Assembly (NCBI GenBank): GCA_050633245.1
Contig: JBOEGD010000018.1
Location: forward strand, 128,001 to 192,000
DNA length: 64,000 nt
Direction of reading: 5' to 3'
Source: Calditrichia bacterium
GTDB taxonomy: Bacteria > Calditrichota > Calditrichia > RBG-13-44-9 > J075
This document shows, in pieces, positions 18,614 to 28,668 of the stretch (position 1 is the first letter of the stretch; each line of letters opens with the position of its first letter). The position numbers and the translations under genes were made by a program. The notes beneath the pieces are model-generated. The model was not told the DNA's origin, ran no database searches, and saw only the letters and a program-made list of their open reading frames with translations.

Positions 18614-20578
18614 ATGAGATTGTGGGTACAAATAATTTTACTCTGTCTTGTGTTTCAGACTGTCGTTTTTGCCAAAAAGTATAAGTTTGCACCGATCCCG
18701 GCGGCCGATTGGCTTGTGGAGTTAGACTCGACTAACACGCAGGGGGCAGTTGTATTAAAACATGTATTGAAAGCGAACGATCGCGATTTATTGGACGGTC
18801 GGATAATCTATCAGACGTTTAAGCGCATCAGAGTTGCAAGTGAGGCGGGGCGGGATTATGCTAAGGTTACTTTGCCCTTTGTGCATCGCAAATCGAAAAT
18901 AGAAGAAATACAGGCGCGCTGTGTCTTGCCGGATGGACAAACAATATTGCTGGACAAATCCCAGATAGAAGAACAGGAATTTGTTAAAACAAAGGGTCTG
19001 CGAATAAAGCAAAAAACCTTTACCGTTCCCGGTGTAACTACCGACTGCATTATTGAATACTACTATCGAATCCGAACGCCGGAGAGAATAAAAATTTGGA
19101 AATTCCAGACCGATATCCCGTTGGTTTATGGCGAGCTCTCCTGGGAGTTTTATCGTGGTAAAGGAGTTCCCTTTGGCTGGGGAAAGTTGTTGTCGGGCGT
19201 TTTGACACCGAACTATACGTGGGAAAACTTTAAGAATGTTGAAGTAGCCATGCTGCCGGAAGATAAAGATGATAAAAAGGAGGCACTTTTCCGCGTTCGT
19301 AATGTTCCGGCACTTGCCGACGAGCCATTTAGCCCGCCTGATGTCTCGATACAGGGCATTATCCACTTCTACTATAGTGGTGAAGATAAATTAAGCGCAT
19401 TCTGGCTAAGGGTATCTGGAGATATCGAGGAAAGCTACAATGAGTTCACAAAAAAGGATAAGGAAGCCAAAGCACTCGTTGAGAAATGGCGTATGCTGCC
19501 TGATAATGCTGCCAGAATGCGAGCTGCGCACGATTGGCTGCAAAACAATATCGTGAATGTCGACTATTTTGAGGATGAAGAGAAAGACTTCAAAGAAAAT
19601 AAACACATGAAAGATATGCTGAAGCGAGAATATGGCAGCAGCGTGGATATTAACTTCAGCTACCTCTATTTTTTGCGTAAAATGGGAATCTCGGCAAATC
19701 TTGTTTATACACACGATCGGGAAGATAATCCGTTCTTCAAGTCGGTAAAACGATGGCAATTCGACCGTTCCTTTGTTGTCACACCTAAAGGGATCAATGA
19801 CTATTACTACCATAGTCCCGCGCAAAAGAACGTACCCTATCGTGAAATTCCGTGGTATTATCAGGGGTCAGTTGCTTATCTGATCAACGAGACCGGATAC
19901 AAGTTCATGAATGTGCCTATGCTGGACTCGAAGAAGAATAAATTCAGTCGGTTTTTGTGGTTGGCTATGGATGATGAGTTTCAGCTTGAGGGAGAGATGC
20001 TAGAACGATTTGAAGGGCAATACGGCTATCGCGAGCGACTGTACCTGGATGATTTATCCGAAGTCGAAATTGAAGAATATTTCAAAGAAGACTTCCTGGA
20101 ACGCTTCCCGATTGGCAATATGGACTCTCTTGCACTGGAAAGCCTGGAAGAAGGTGAAAAGCGTTTGGATGTTAAGTGCAATGTTAATCTGGAGGCAGAA
20201 ATTCAGGAAGTTGGCAATCGAATACTTATAAAACCGGTCGAGATCATGGGGGCGTATGAGAATCCTTTTATTAGTGCCGATCGGCAAAACGATATCGTCT
20301 TTCAGTTTGCCGGAGATGAGATCGAATCAGTGACGCTCAATTTACCCGAAGGCTGGATTGTCGATGCGCTTCCGGAGGCAACGGCAGTTACGAACAGAAT
20401 CGGCACATATAACTTGGTATTTCAGAGCCTCAATGCCGGAACGAAGATTGCGATACAGCGCGTTTTTAAGCTGAAACATCCCTGGTTAACAAATAATGCT
20501 TATAGGCAGGTAGCCAAGCTATTTGCAGCGAGGCAAGCGCAGGAAGATCTTACGGTTGTTTTAAAACCCGCAGAGTAG
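18614..20578 (+). CDS. DUF3857/DUF3858 transglutaminase-like protein (triad lost)
   Basis: AGGAG RBS; signal peptide; IIEYYY, WKFQTDIP, EPFSPP; GSSVDIN and FDRSF in place of GDCKD and FDHCI. Confidence 0.82.
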   Translation: MRLWVQIILLCLVFQTVVFAKKYKFAPIPAADWLVELDSTNTQGAVVLKHVLKANDRDLLDGRIIYQTFKRIRVASEAGRDYAKVTLPFVHRKSKIEEIQARCVLPDGQTILLDKSQIEEQEFVKTKGLRIKQKTFTVPGVTTDCIIEYYYRIRTPERIKIWKFQTDIPLVYGELSWEFYRGKGVPFGWGKLLSGVLTPNYTWENFKNVEVAMLPEDKDDKKEALFRVRNVPALADEPFSPPDVSIQGIIHFYYSGEDKLSAFWLRVSGDIEESYNEFTKKDKEAKALVEKWRMLPDNAARMRAAHDWLQNNIVNVDYFEDEEKDFKENKHMKDMLKREYGSSVDINFSYLYFLRKMGISANLVYTHDREDNPFFKSVKRWQFDRSFVVTPKGINDYYYHSPAQKNVPYREIPWYYQGSVAYLINETGYKFMNVPMLDSKKNKFSRFLWLAMDDEFQLEGEMLERFEGQYGYRERLYLDDLSEVEIEEYFKEDFLERFPIGNMDSLALESLEEGEKRLDVKCNVNLEAEIQEVGNRILIKPVEIMGAYENPFISADRQNDIVFQFAGDEIESVTLNLPEGWIVDALPEATAVTNRIGTYNLVFQSLNAGTKIAIQRVFKLKHPWLTNNAYRQVAKLFAARQAQEDLTVVLKPAE

Positions 20579-20588
20579 CGGGTTTTAA
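20561..20588. terminator. Bidirectional terminator between convergent genes
   Basis: TTAAAACCCGC-AGAGTA-GCGGGTTTTAA, overlapping the stop codon. Confidence 0.65.
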
Positions 20589-20637
20589 TAGTTATTGCTT
20601 GCTGATTTTCAACCCGGTCAGCAGGTCGTGATTTTTC

Positions 20638-22869
20638 CTACTGGGTTATCAATACTTTATACAGTGTAACGTTTCCGCCGCTGCTCACCATAAAAAAATA
20701 GATCCCCGAAGGCATTGTTCCGGTATTGACCTCCAGAAAGCTCTGGAGGTTTATGGCAGAGTAACGACTTTGCGGTACGCGTTGGCCCAATACATTAAAA
20801 ATTTTAAGTGAGATATCGGCACCGGTGCTGATTGCATTACTTGTAGCGGTAGAGAGCTCGAGGCTAATTGTTGAGCCAGCCGATAGCGGATTTGGATAGG
20901 CTCGTCTTTCACTATTTTGTGGACCACCGGCGTTGTCGGTCGTTCCCTTGAAGTGATTGTCTGCATAATTAAAGGCATCGACCCCGATCTCTATACCCAT
21001 TAATCGTCCCGGAATGTCGTCTGCCGGTGGATGTATGCCGCCCCAAATTCGCGACAGACTCGTCTGATCAGAAGCATCATAGTAGGTTGCCCACTGTAAT
21101 GTCATGTCTACACTTGGACCTTTTTCAAAAACCAGGAAATTATTCTTCTCGATTGTAAATTCTCCGATTCCGCCTGGGAAAAACGGATCACCCGTGAGCA
21201 TTGTAAGCACTTCAGCAGCAGCTCTTGAGTAGGTAGAATGCCCGGATACATAGCCCGCAAATGGTGGTGTGATAAATGAGGGCCGCTGATAGGGCCACCA
21301 CATCTCGGCAAGTATCCAGCCGACTCCGGCGATGTCATACTCGGGGTTGCCGATATAGCCAGGACCGCGCCATGCAAATAATTTAACTTTGCCGACATTC
21401 TGGTCTTGTGAACCTGCGAGCGGGTCTCCACTCTCAACCAACTCAATGTAACCGGGAATTAGCGGCATGCCGGCAGGATGATAATTTGGAAGACCCGGAT
21501 CGCTGCTTTGGCCATACTCCGCCATTCCGCGAATAGCAGAAATAGGGCGCAGATAATCATACCAACCCTTCACCCCCCAGGCCGAGATCGCACAGTCGTG
21601 CATGGCGCCACCCAACATAAAGTAAGATTTAATATCCCACTCCAAATCATCTACAATCGGTCCTTCGCCCCTATAGCGCTTTTCAAGAAGCGGATTATCG
21701 CTTACCGTATTCAGAATCGTAAACCAATGTCCGGGAGGCGTCTCTGAGTCCGGACCATCTGCCCAAAACTCCGCTAAGACGCGCGCATAATCTCCGCGAG
21801 GAACCATCTGCGTCGTGTATGGCTGCCCCGTGTGAGGATTTAAATCGCGCCCGGTGCCCGGGTCGCCGCCTTCAATTAAATCGTAAAAAGATCGTAGATC
21901 TTCAACTGATTCCGGGAAGCTTGTGGTATTGCCAAAGCTTGCCGGAGAAATGTCTATCATGGTATTATCAGCGGGATCTAAATGACTGGACCAGACCGAA
22001 ACCAGGGCAAAGCCCCACTGATACTCAGCACTTAATCCACCGCCGGTTTGCGGCTCGAGATACGGTGGTGGACCCGGATCGTGATACACCCAAAATGGAT
22101 TCCCGTTACGGGAAAAAATTGTTCGGTCGGCGGCTGTTAACGCGAAGGGGAAAACCTGCCCCCATTCCGGTCCTAAAAATGCCGGAGTTGAGCCGGGAAT
22201 GGGATTTCCACTCTGATCAATAAATACTTCCAGCGTTAGCGGTTGCCAGCGATTGGGATCGGTTAAATCAGGGTTGCCGGGCATTGCAGGGATTAGCGAA
22301 CTATTTACCGGCTCATAGTGACGATTCTCATATTCATTCTCTTCATTCGAGCCGTCGTGTCTGCCAAAGTTGATAAAACAACTACCGATATAATTGCCAA
22401 GTGCAGCCGGGGAACCGCTTTGATAGCTCGTTGATGTAAAGTTAATGTCGTAACCTAAGGCTAGCATCAGATTATCAAAGCGCAGCTGAGTTTCAATTGC
22501 TCCGGGAGACTCTGCAAATCGATGCGTTAGCAGTCGATATGCAGCATAGCTCATTGCCTCTTCACGCGCATCACGGATATTTGTCGGTTGCGGAAATTCG
22601 GCGAGCGGACAGTAAAAATTTTCAACGGTATTGCCCAGCAGAAAAGGGTTGGCAACATCATCAAAAACTGCCCACGAATCATAAAGCGCAGCAGAAGTAT
22701 GAAATAAATTGCGTGCGTGAACTGTTGGACGGGCAAAATCATCGCGAATGGCTTCCAATAAGACTTCGTTCCATTCCCTTGCCACGCTATGTTGCGCGCT
22801 GAGAGGAAGAGTAAAGAAAATGAGAAAAACAATGTAAACTGGAATTTTTAAAATTTTTCTTTTTGCCAT
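20638..22869 (-). CDS. Secreted vanadium haloperoxidase/PAP2-superfamily protein with Por/T9SS-type tail
   Basis: Signal peptide; KGWYDYLRP, PPFAGYVSGHS, SRIWGGIH active-site motifs; C-terminal AYPNP...IFNVLGQ...SGIYF. Confidence 0.82.
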   Translation of the reverse strand: MAKRKILKIPVYIVFLIFFTLPLSAQHSVAREWNEVLLEAIRDDFARPTVHARNLFHTSAALYDSWAVFDDVANPFLLGNTVENFYCPLAEFPQPTNIRDAREEAMSYAAYRLLTHRFAESPGAIETQLRFDNLMLALGYDINFTSTSYQSGSPAALGNYIGSCFINFGRHDGSNEENEYENRHYEPVNSSLIPAMPGNPDLTDPNRWQPLTLEVFIDQSGNPIPGSTPAFLGPEWGQVFPFALTAADRTIFSRNGNPFWVYHDPGPPPYLEPQTGGGLSAEYQWGFALVSVWSSHLDPADNTMIDISPASFGNTTSFPESVEDLRSFYDLIEGGDPGTGRDLNPHTGQPYTTQMVPRGDYARVLAEFWADGPDSETPPGHWFTILNTVSDNPLLEKRYRGEGPIVDDLEWDIKSYFMLGGAMHDCAISAWGVKGWYDYLRPISAIRGMAEYGQSSDPGLPNYHPAGMPLIPGYIELVESGDPLAGSQDQNVGKVKLFAWRGPGYIGNPEYDIAGVGWILAEMWWPYQRPSFITPPFAGYVSGHSTYSRAAAEVLTMLTGDPFFPGGIGEFTIEKNNFLVFEKGPSVDMTLQWATYYDASDQTSLSRIWGGIHPPADDIPGRLMGIEIGVDAFNYADNHFKGTTDNAGGPQNSERRAYPNPLSAGSTISLELSTATSNAISTGADISLKIFNVLGQRVPQSRYSAINLQSFLEVNTGTMPSGIYFFMVSSGGNVTLYKVLITQ

Positions 22870-23243
22870 GCTGCCTCAGGAACTCCGGTTTAGGATAGCT
22901 TTAATAATGCCATCGGCTCGACTAATTATATATTCTTAATATAAGATGAAAGTCTGGACTCTTTAGAAAAATAGTCAATTGGATTATGTCAAGCAAGCGA
23001 TTCACGTTGCTTTTCTTTGTGATGAATGTCCGACCGGAGTGTCATTTCTTTTCCTTAGAGTTGCTGAAACCGTAAAATGATCTGAGTAGAGACTTTTTTG
23101 CAATATATTCTGCACGAAACATGTCTAACTAAAAACGCGTCAGTTCAGATGGATATTAAAGTGTCCGTTCTACTTTAATCTTGATTTTTATGGAATGGCA
23201 AATTAATCTGATTGATGATTTGAATTCTAAGATGAGGGATGAA

Positions 23244-25688
23244 ATGAAGTACAACTATATTGCGATAATGCTTCTGTCATTGCTGTTGTTCTCTGCCGAT
23301 CTAATGGCTCAGCAGGAACGCAGCGGAAATCGTAGCAGACGTGGTGGTGCCATAACAGGTAAAACTCTCGACGCCGCGAGCGGCAATCCAATAGAGTATG
23401 CTGAAATAATTCTTTTTAGCGTGCGTGATAGTTCACAAGTAACCGGGACAATAACCGGCTCTGATGGAAAGTTTGACCTTAGACCCATTCGCCCTGGTCG
23501 ATACGAGGTTGAGATTTTTTTTCTGGGCTATAAAACCCAGCGTATCGCTGATGTTCGAGTAAATCGCAACACTCCATTGGCCGACTTGGGATCGATTCGG
23601 TTATCTCCAACTGCAATCGCCTCAGAGGCTGTTGAAGTAGAAGGACGTCGGGCATCGGTATCTTATCAGATTGATAAAAAGGTGATAAGCGTTGATGAAA
23701 ACCAAACCGCTATATCGGGTAGTGCTGTTGATGTATTGGAAAACGTACCATCAGTTACTGTAGATATCGACGGAAATGTCAGCATGCGCGGCAGCAGCAA
23801 TTTTCGTGTTCTTATAGATGGTCGGCCAACAATTCTTGATGCCAATGATGCCCTTCAGCAAATCCCTGCGACGAGCATTGAGAATATCGAGCTAATTACC
23901 AATCCTTCTGCAAAGTACGACCCGGAGGGTACCGCTGGTATTATCAACATCGTCATGCGTCAAAACCGCAGTGGTTCACGCGGTGGACTCGTTAACTTAA
24001 ATGCAGGATTGAATGACAAATACGGTGCGGATGTGCTATACGAATGGAAAACCAGCAAGTTCAGCACTACCTTTGGTGCTAATTACCGCCGCCGTTTTTC
24101 GATAGCAGATGATTTTGAACGCAATCTAACAACAACTAATGCGATAACCTCTACCGTGCTGTCTGAAGGAGAATCGACTCGCGGTCGGCTTGGCTATGGA
24201 TTTCGTGGTGCCTTTGCTTACGAACCGACAAAAAATCGCTATTTCTCTGTAAATGTGAGAGTAGGGGAGCGTGGGGGAGAGCGTGAGGCCGATTCGGAAT
24301 ACAGCGAGCAGATTGATAGTAATACTCCGCTGAGTTTTCGCAGTATAACCTCCAGTGATCGTGCCGGCCTATATTATGACATCAACTTAAGTGCCGAACA
24401 ACGCTTTACCGGTAAAGACCACAAGCTTGTTGCCAGCGCGCAGTTTAGTGAGCGCGATATGGATGAAGAAACAATCAATGAACTGCGTAATGAAAATGGG
24501 GTGGCAACAGAGGGACAGCGTTCCACTGAATTTGGTCCCGGAAAACGTTTACGTGCCAAGCTGGACTACACGCGTCCGGTTGGCAATAAGCATCAATTTC
24601 AATCGGGCTATCAGCTTGAACGAGGTAATGCACTTGACAATACCGAGCTATACCAGTTAAATCCGGCAAATGGCATCTACGAAATTCAAGACGAGTTCAC
24701 GAATCTCACCGATTACACGCGAACCATCCAGGCGGCGTATGCCATCTATGGTGGTGAATGGAATAAGTTGGGCTATCAGGCAGGACTCCGTGCAGAATAT
24801 ACCGATCGGGTTGTGAAGTTTGATGAGGCTGGCAATAGCAGCTTTGCGGTTGACCGCACCGATTTATTTCCGAGCATTCACACCTCCTACCAACTGCCAG
24901 CAGGCCAACAAATGATGGCAAGTTATTCACGCCGCATCGAACGTCCGCGCGGATGGTACTTAGAACCGTTTGTCACCTATGTGGACGCGTTTAATGTGCG
25001 CAGTGGTAACCCGGATTTGTTACCGGAATACATTGACTCGTTTGAACTCGGCTTCCAAACATTTTTTGGACAAAACGTATTCTCTGCAGAGACGTATTAT
25101 CGGATCGGGGAAAATCGAATTGAACGAGTGCGTTCAGTGTTTGATGAGAACGTTACGCTTAGGCGTCCCGAAAACGTCGGTACAGATTATTCGCTTGGAA
25201 CCGAGCTGATGCTAAATATGGACCTGCACCGAAAATGGAATCTAAACCTGATGAGCAATATTTACAATTATCGAATTGAAGGTGATCTACTCGGTAGTCC
25301 CTTTGAGCGCGAGAGTAATAATTGGAACATCCGATTTAACAATTCATTGCGTGTAAATCGTGATCTTCAAATTCAGGCGAATGTTGGTTATAATAGCGAT
25401 ACCGTTTCATCTCAGGGCCGCCGTGAGGGGTTTGTGTCAACCAGCATGGCTGTAAAGCATAGTTTTATGAAACAAAAACTAAGCCTAACTTTGCAGTTGC
25501 GGAATCTTTTAGGGACCGAAAAATATGAGCAGGTTTCTGAAGGACCTGGTTTCTCGACTTTTCGAACATCCGAGCGTGAGAGCCCTTCCGTAATGCTGAA
25601 TTTACGTTATAATCTGAACAACTACCGTGCTGATCGCGAGCGCCAACGCTCTGGTGGTGGCGATAGCGGTGGTGATGATGAACTATAG
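23244..25688 (+). CDS. TonB-dependent receptor (carboxypeptidase-reg-like N-domain, plug, barrel)
   Basis: Signal peptide; LENVPSVTVD, IELITNPSAKYD..GIINI plug; YSRRIERP, GNPDLLPE. Start at MKYNY. Confidence 0.9.
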   Translation: MKYNYIAIMLLSLLLFSADLMAQQERSGNRSRRGGAITGKTLDAASGNPIEYAEIILFSVRDSSQVTGTITGSDGKFDLRPIRPGRYEVEIFFLGYKTQRIADVRVNRNTPLADLGSIRLSPTAIASEAVEVEGRRASVSYQIDKKVISVDENQTAISGSAVDVLENVPSVTVDIDGNVSMRGSSNFRVLIDGRPTILDANDALQQIPATSIENIELITNPSAKYDPEGTAGIINIVMRQNRSGSRGGLVNLNAGLNDKYGADVLYEWKTSKFSTTFGANYRRRFSIADDFERNLTTTNAITSTVLSEGESTRGRLGYGFRGAFAYEPTKNRYFSVNVRVGERGGEREADSEYSEQIDSNTPLSFRSITSSDRAGLYYDINLSAEQRFTGKDHKLVASAQFSERDMDEETINELRNENGVATEGQRSTEFGPGKRLRAKLDYTRPVGNKHQFQSGYQLERGNALDNTELYQLNPANGIYEIQDEFTNLTDYTRTIQAAYAIYGGEWNKLGYQAGLRAEYTDRVVKFDEAGNSSFAVDRTDLFPSIHTSYQLPAGQQMMASYSRRIERPRGWYLEPFVTYVDAFNVRSGNPDLLPEYIDSFELGFQTFFGQNVFSAETYYRIGENRIERVRSVFDENVTLRRPENVGTDYSLGTELMLNMDLHRKWNLNLMSNIYNYRIEGDLLGSPFERESNNWNIRFNNSLRVNRDLQIQANVGYNSDTVSSQGRREGFVSTSMAVKHSFMKQKLSLTLQLRNLLGTEKYEQVSEGPGFSTFRTSERESPSVMLNLRYNLNNYRADRERQRSGGGDSGGDDEL

Positions 25689-25741
25689 GCGCTTTATATA
25701 ATTCTCATCAAACTTCATCAACTTTATACAATCTTATCACG

Positions 25742-25767
25742 CCCGGCTTAATGCCGGGTTTTTTTTT
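25742..25767 (+). terminator. Intrinsic terminator
   Basis: CCCGGC-TTAAT-GCCGGG followed by a T9 run. Confidence 0.85.
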
Positions 25768-25786
25768 ACCAAAAACATGGCGGGAT

Positions 25787-25813
25787 TTAAGTAAATAGTG
25801 ATTTTACCGAAAA
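25787..25813 (+). promoter_or_regulatory. sigma28 promoter of flagellin
   Basis: TTAA-N15-ACCGAAAA, compared with consensus TAAA-N15-GCCGATAA, directly upstream of fliC. Confidence 0.65.
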
Positions 25814-25892
25814 AAAGATCAAACGAGGTTACTCTAATGACTGTTTGGAAAAATTGAATACCGGACACACACACACAACACGGAGGTTTTAA

Positions 25893-26711
25893 ATGTCTAT
25901 CTCAAGAATTTCAGCCAATATTCAGGCGATGCGCGCGCTGAACTCCTTTAACCAGGTGAACGATCGTCTTGGTATGCACCAAGAGCGACTATCTACCGGT
26001 CGGCGTATTAACTCGACTGGTGATGACCCAGCCGGTTATCAGTTGGCGAAGAAGCTTGAAGGTCGTCGTCGCGGCTTGTCAGTAGCGATGGACAACGTTG
26101 CAAATGCTCAGAACGTATTGAGTATTGCTGAAGGTGGTTATCAGAATATCATGGATATTCTTCAGACGGTTAAAGAAAAAACGCTTCAAGCCGCTGATGG
26201 ACTTCCCGATTCCAATGCGCGTAATGCTCTGAATGATCAGGTGAGTGCTTTGCTTGCTGAGATCGATGATATTGTTGGTGAGACTACACTTAACGGCAAT
26301 GTTCTTATTGATGGTACCTATACATCAAGTTTTCAGACTGGTGAAACGGCAAGCGATCAGTTGGGCGTTACGCTTCAGGATGCAGACTCTGCAGCTCTGG
26401 GAATCAGCTCTATTTCCCTGGCCTCCCAGGCGAGTGCATCTGCAGCAATATCTACCATTACTACGGCAATTACTACGCTGTCTCAACGAACCCAGGATGT
26501 GGGTGAGTACATGCTTCGTTTGAAGTCTAAAGAACGGACGCTTGGAACGGCGATTTCCAACACGGAAAGTATTCGTAGTACCATCGAAGACGCTGACTTT
26601 GCGAAGGAACAGATGGAAGTGCTGAAACTGCAGATTATGCAGCAGACGTCGATCTCATCTTTGGCCCAGGCCAATAGTTCGCCGCAGTCGATACTTTCAC
26701 TCTTCGGTTAA
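25893..26711 (+). CDS. fliC: Flagellin (minimal, D0/D1 only)
   Basis: ERLSTGRRINSTGDDPAG; IEDADFAKE; AQANSSPQSILSL; GGAGG RBS. Confidence 0.96.
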   Translation: MSISRISANIQAMRALNSFNQVNDRLGMHQERLSTGRRINSTGDDPAGYQLAKKLEGRRRGLSVAMDNVANAQNVLSIAEGGYQNIMDILQTVKEKTLQAADGLPDSNARNALNDQVSALLAEIDDIVGETTLNGNVLIDGTYTSSFQTGETASDQLGVTLQDADSAALGISSISLASQASASAAISTITTAITTLSQRTQDVGEYMLRLKSKERTLGTAISNTESIRSTIEDADFAKEQMEVLKLQIMQQTSISSLAQANSSPQSILSLFG

Positions 26712-26730
26712 TCGGGAACGCAACTATAGC

Positions 26731-26764
26731 TCATCGGGGCGATGGTTAACCATTACCCCGATGA
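26731..26764 (+). terminator. Stem-loop between fliC and fliS (partial terminator or mRNA stabiliser)
   Basis: TCATCGGGG...CCCCGATGA with inner GATGG/CCATT pairing; no strong U-tract. Confidence 0.6.
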
Positions 26765-26789
26765 CATTTAACAAAGAAGGTCATAATGC

Positions 26790-27116
26790 ATGGAAGCTCA
26801 AGTTAAGCAGTATCAAAAAAAACAAGTCGATCCCTATCTGAAGCAGAAGATAATGTCTGCAACTCCCGAGCAGCTTACAGCCATTGCCCTGGATATTGCG
26901 ATCTCAGCCTGCTATCAAAAAGATACGGTCAAGGTCAATAGTGTAATATCCGAGTTGATTACCACACTGGATTTTGAGCAGGGAGAGGTAGCACAGACTT
27001 TTTTTGAGCTCTACCGATTTATTCGACGTTGTGTCTATAAGAAGCAGATGGATATAGCTGTCGATATGTTAAAAGAAATTCGCGATGCCTGGAATAAAGC
27101 CATGAAGATCGTCTGA
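26790..27116 (+). CDS. fliS: Flagellin chaperone FliS
   Basis: IMSATPEQL, ELITTLDFEQGEVAQTFFELY, EIRDAW; located after fliC. Confidence 0.9.
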   Translation: MEAQVKQYQKKQVDPYLKQKIMSATPEQLTAIALDIAISACYQKDTVKVNSVISELITTLDFEQGEVAQTFFELYRFIRRCVYKKQMDIAVDMLKEIRDAWNKAMKIV

Positions 27117-27126
27117 GGGAGTAGAT

Positions 27127-28602
27127 ATGGATATTTCATCAATTTTTAGTTCACGAGATTCAATTGAATTTTTGGTTAGTCAGTATATGTCTCTTGAAGA
27201 GCAACCGAGAAACGAATTACTAGCTGATCGAGCGTATTTAGATACTCGAAAATCGGTACTTTCAGAGTTGGATTCGCGCTTATCGACCTTGCAAAACAAA
27301 GCAGAGCGTCTAAACGATACGGTTTTTGATTATTTTGCTGCCAAGAAGGCTGCAACAAGTGACTCAGAAAAGTTTACCGTATCTGCTGCATCTGCTGCAT
27401 CTGTTGGAAACCATTCGCTTTCAGTTGAAAGGTTGGCCATATCAGACACCCGGGTCTCGAATCAATTTACAGATAGTGACACGAGTTTTTCCGGCTTTTC
27501 CGGTGATCAGACCTTCACAATTGAAGTTGCGCATCCAACGGATGCTGACCCGGATTATCGTGAGCAGATTAGTGTGACTGTTGAGGCCGCTGTTTTTAGT
27601 CAAAGCGATGACGATGTGATCGCTGCAGTAGCCAATGCAATTGACGCGGCAATGGATGCGGCTGTTACAGCCGGAACAATTGATAACAATGAAGTTGTTC
27701 AGGCATCCGTTGTCTCTGAGGAGAGCGGTAAGAGTCGTCTTGTGCTTCGTAGCGATCAGGCCGGGTTTGCAAATAGAATTGTATTTGGAAGCAGCAGTTT
27801 GTTGGACACGCTGGGAGTCAATACTAATGCCCAGTCTTCCGGCGCTTCAGGTGGCTATATTACCGATCCCGGAACAAGCGCGTCAGACAGCCTCCTGAAC
27901 AGCAAGTTTACCTTGGATGGTCTGACGTTCTATCGCGACACAAACAATATTACTGACGCCGTTGACGGGGTAACTATTCGTCTGCGGGATGTTTTCACCA
28001 GTCAGGAAACAATTACAGTGAGTGCAGATACTGGTGCGGTAAAAGCAGAGCTTGATTCATTCCTCGAATCGTACAATGAAGTTGTAGACTACCTTCGCCA
28101 AGGCACTCTGGAGCCAGGTGCAAATGGCCGGCGTGGTGTTTTTGCAGATGATGTGATTTATCGAAGTATGTTGACCGACTTACGTGGAATAATGTCCGGC
28201 GTAGTCGGTACTACGCTAACATCGAGCTATGATCGGCTTTACAATATCGGGATTGAGGCAGACTCTGACGGCAAGCTCTCATTTAAGGACACAGATAAGT
28301 TGAATGCTGCTCTTGAAACGAATTCTGAATTTGCCGCAGACTTATTCAATTCTGAGGATGGAATTGCTCAGGCTCTTGATGGGTTTATTGACAAGTACGT
28401 AAAAGCCGGTGGAACCATTACAGAGAGTAAACAGGGGATTGATACGCAAATCCAATCACTTGATAGCCGAATTGGTTTGCTGGACGAGCTATTAATAAGA
28501 AGAGAAACTCAATTGCGCGATGAATTCGCCGAACTGCAGTCCGTAATGACTCGTTTGAATGACCAACAGGCTTTTCTCGGTACTATATTAGCATCATTCT
28601 AA
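27127..28602 (+). CDS. fliD: Filament cap FliD
   Basis: FliD N and C features (LSVERLA, TNNITDAVDGVTI, FLESYNEV, FAELQSVMTRLNDQQ). Confidence 0.92.
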   Translation: MDISSIFSSRDSIEFLVSQYMSLEEQPRNELLADRAYLDTRKSVLSELDSRLSTLQNKAERLNDTVFDYFAAKKAATSDSEKFTVSAASAASVGNHSLSVERLAISDTRVSNQFTDSDTSFSGFSGDQTFTIEVAHPTDADPDYREQISVTVEAAVFSQSDDDVIAAVANAIDAAMDAAVTAGTIDNNEVVQASVVSEESGKSRLVLRSDQAGFANRIVFGSSSLLDTLGVNTNAQSSGASGGYITDPGTSASDSLLNSKFTLDGLTFYRDTNNITDAVDGVTIRLRDVFTSQETITVSADTGAVKAELDSFLESYNEVVDYLRQGTLEPGANGRRGVFADDVIYRSMLTDLRGIMSGVVGTTLTSSYDRLYNIGIEADSDGKLSFKDTDKLNAALETNSEFAADLFNSEDGIAQALDGFIDKYVKAGGTITESKQGIDTQIQSLDSRIGLLDELLIRRETQLRDEFAELQSVMTRLNDQQAFLGTILASF

Positions 28603-28668
28603 TGGCAAAATCCTTCTTCAGCTGCCTGAAGAGATAACTCTTGTCAGAACCAGATGAAAGGAATTCTT

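Noticed and set aside
20638-22869. Haloperoxidase as a tailoring enzyme of the RiPP
   Set aside because: 14 kb away, on the opposite strand, with unrelated genes between; no evidence of linkage.
23116-23141. GAAAC-N17-CGTC as an ECF sigma promoter for the TonB receptor
   Set aside because: Short motif, atypical spacing, and no ECF sigma gene in the window.
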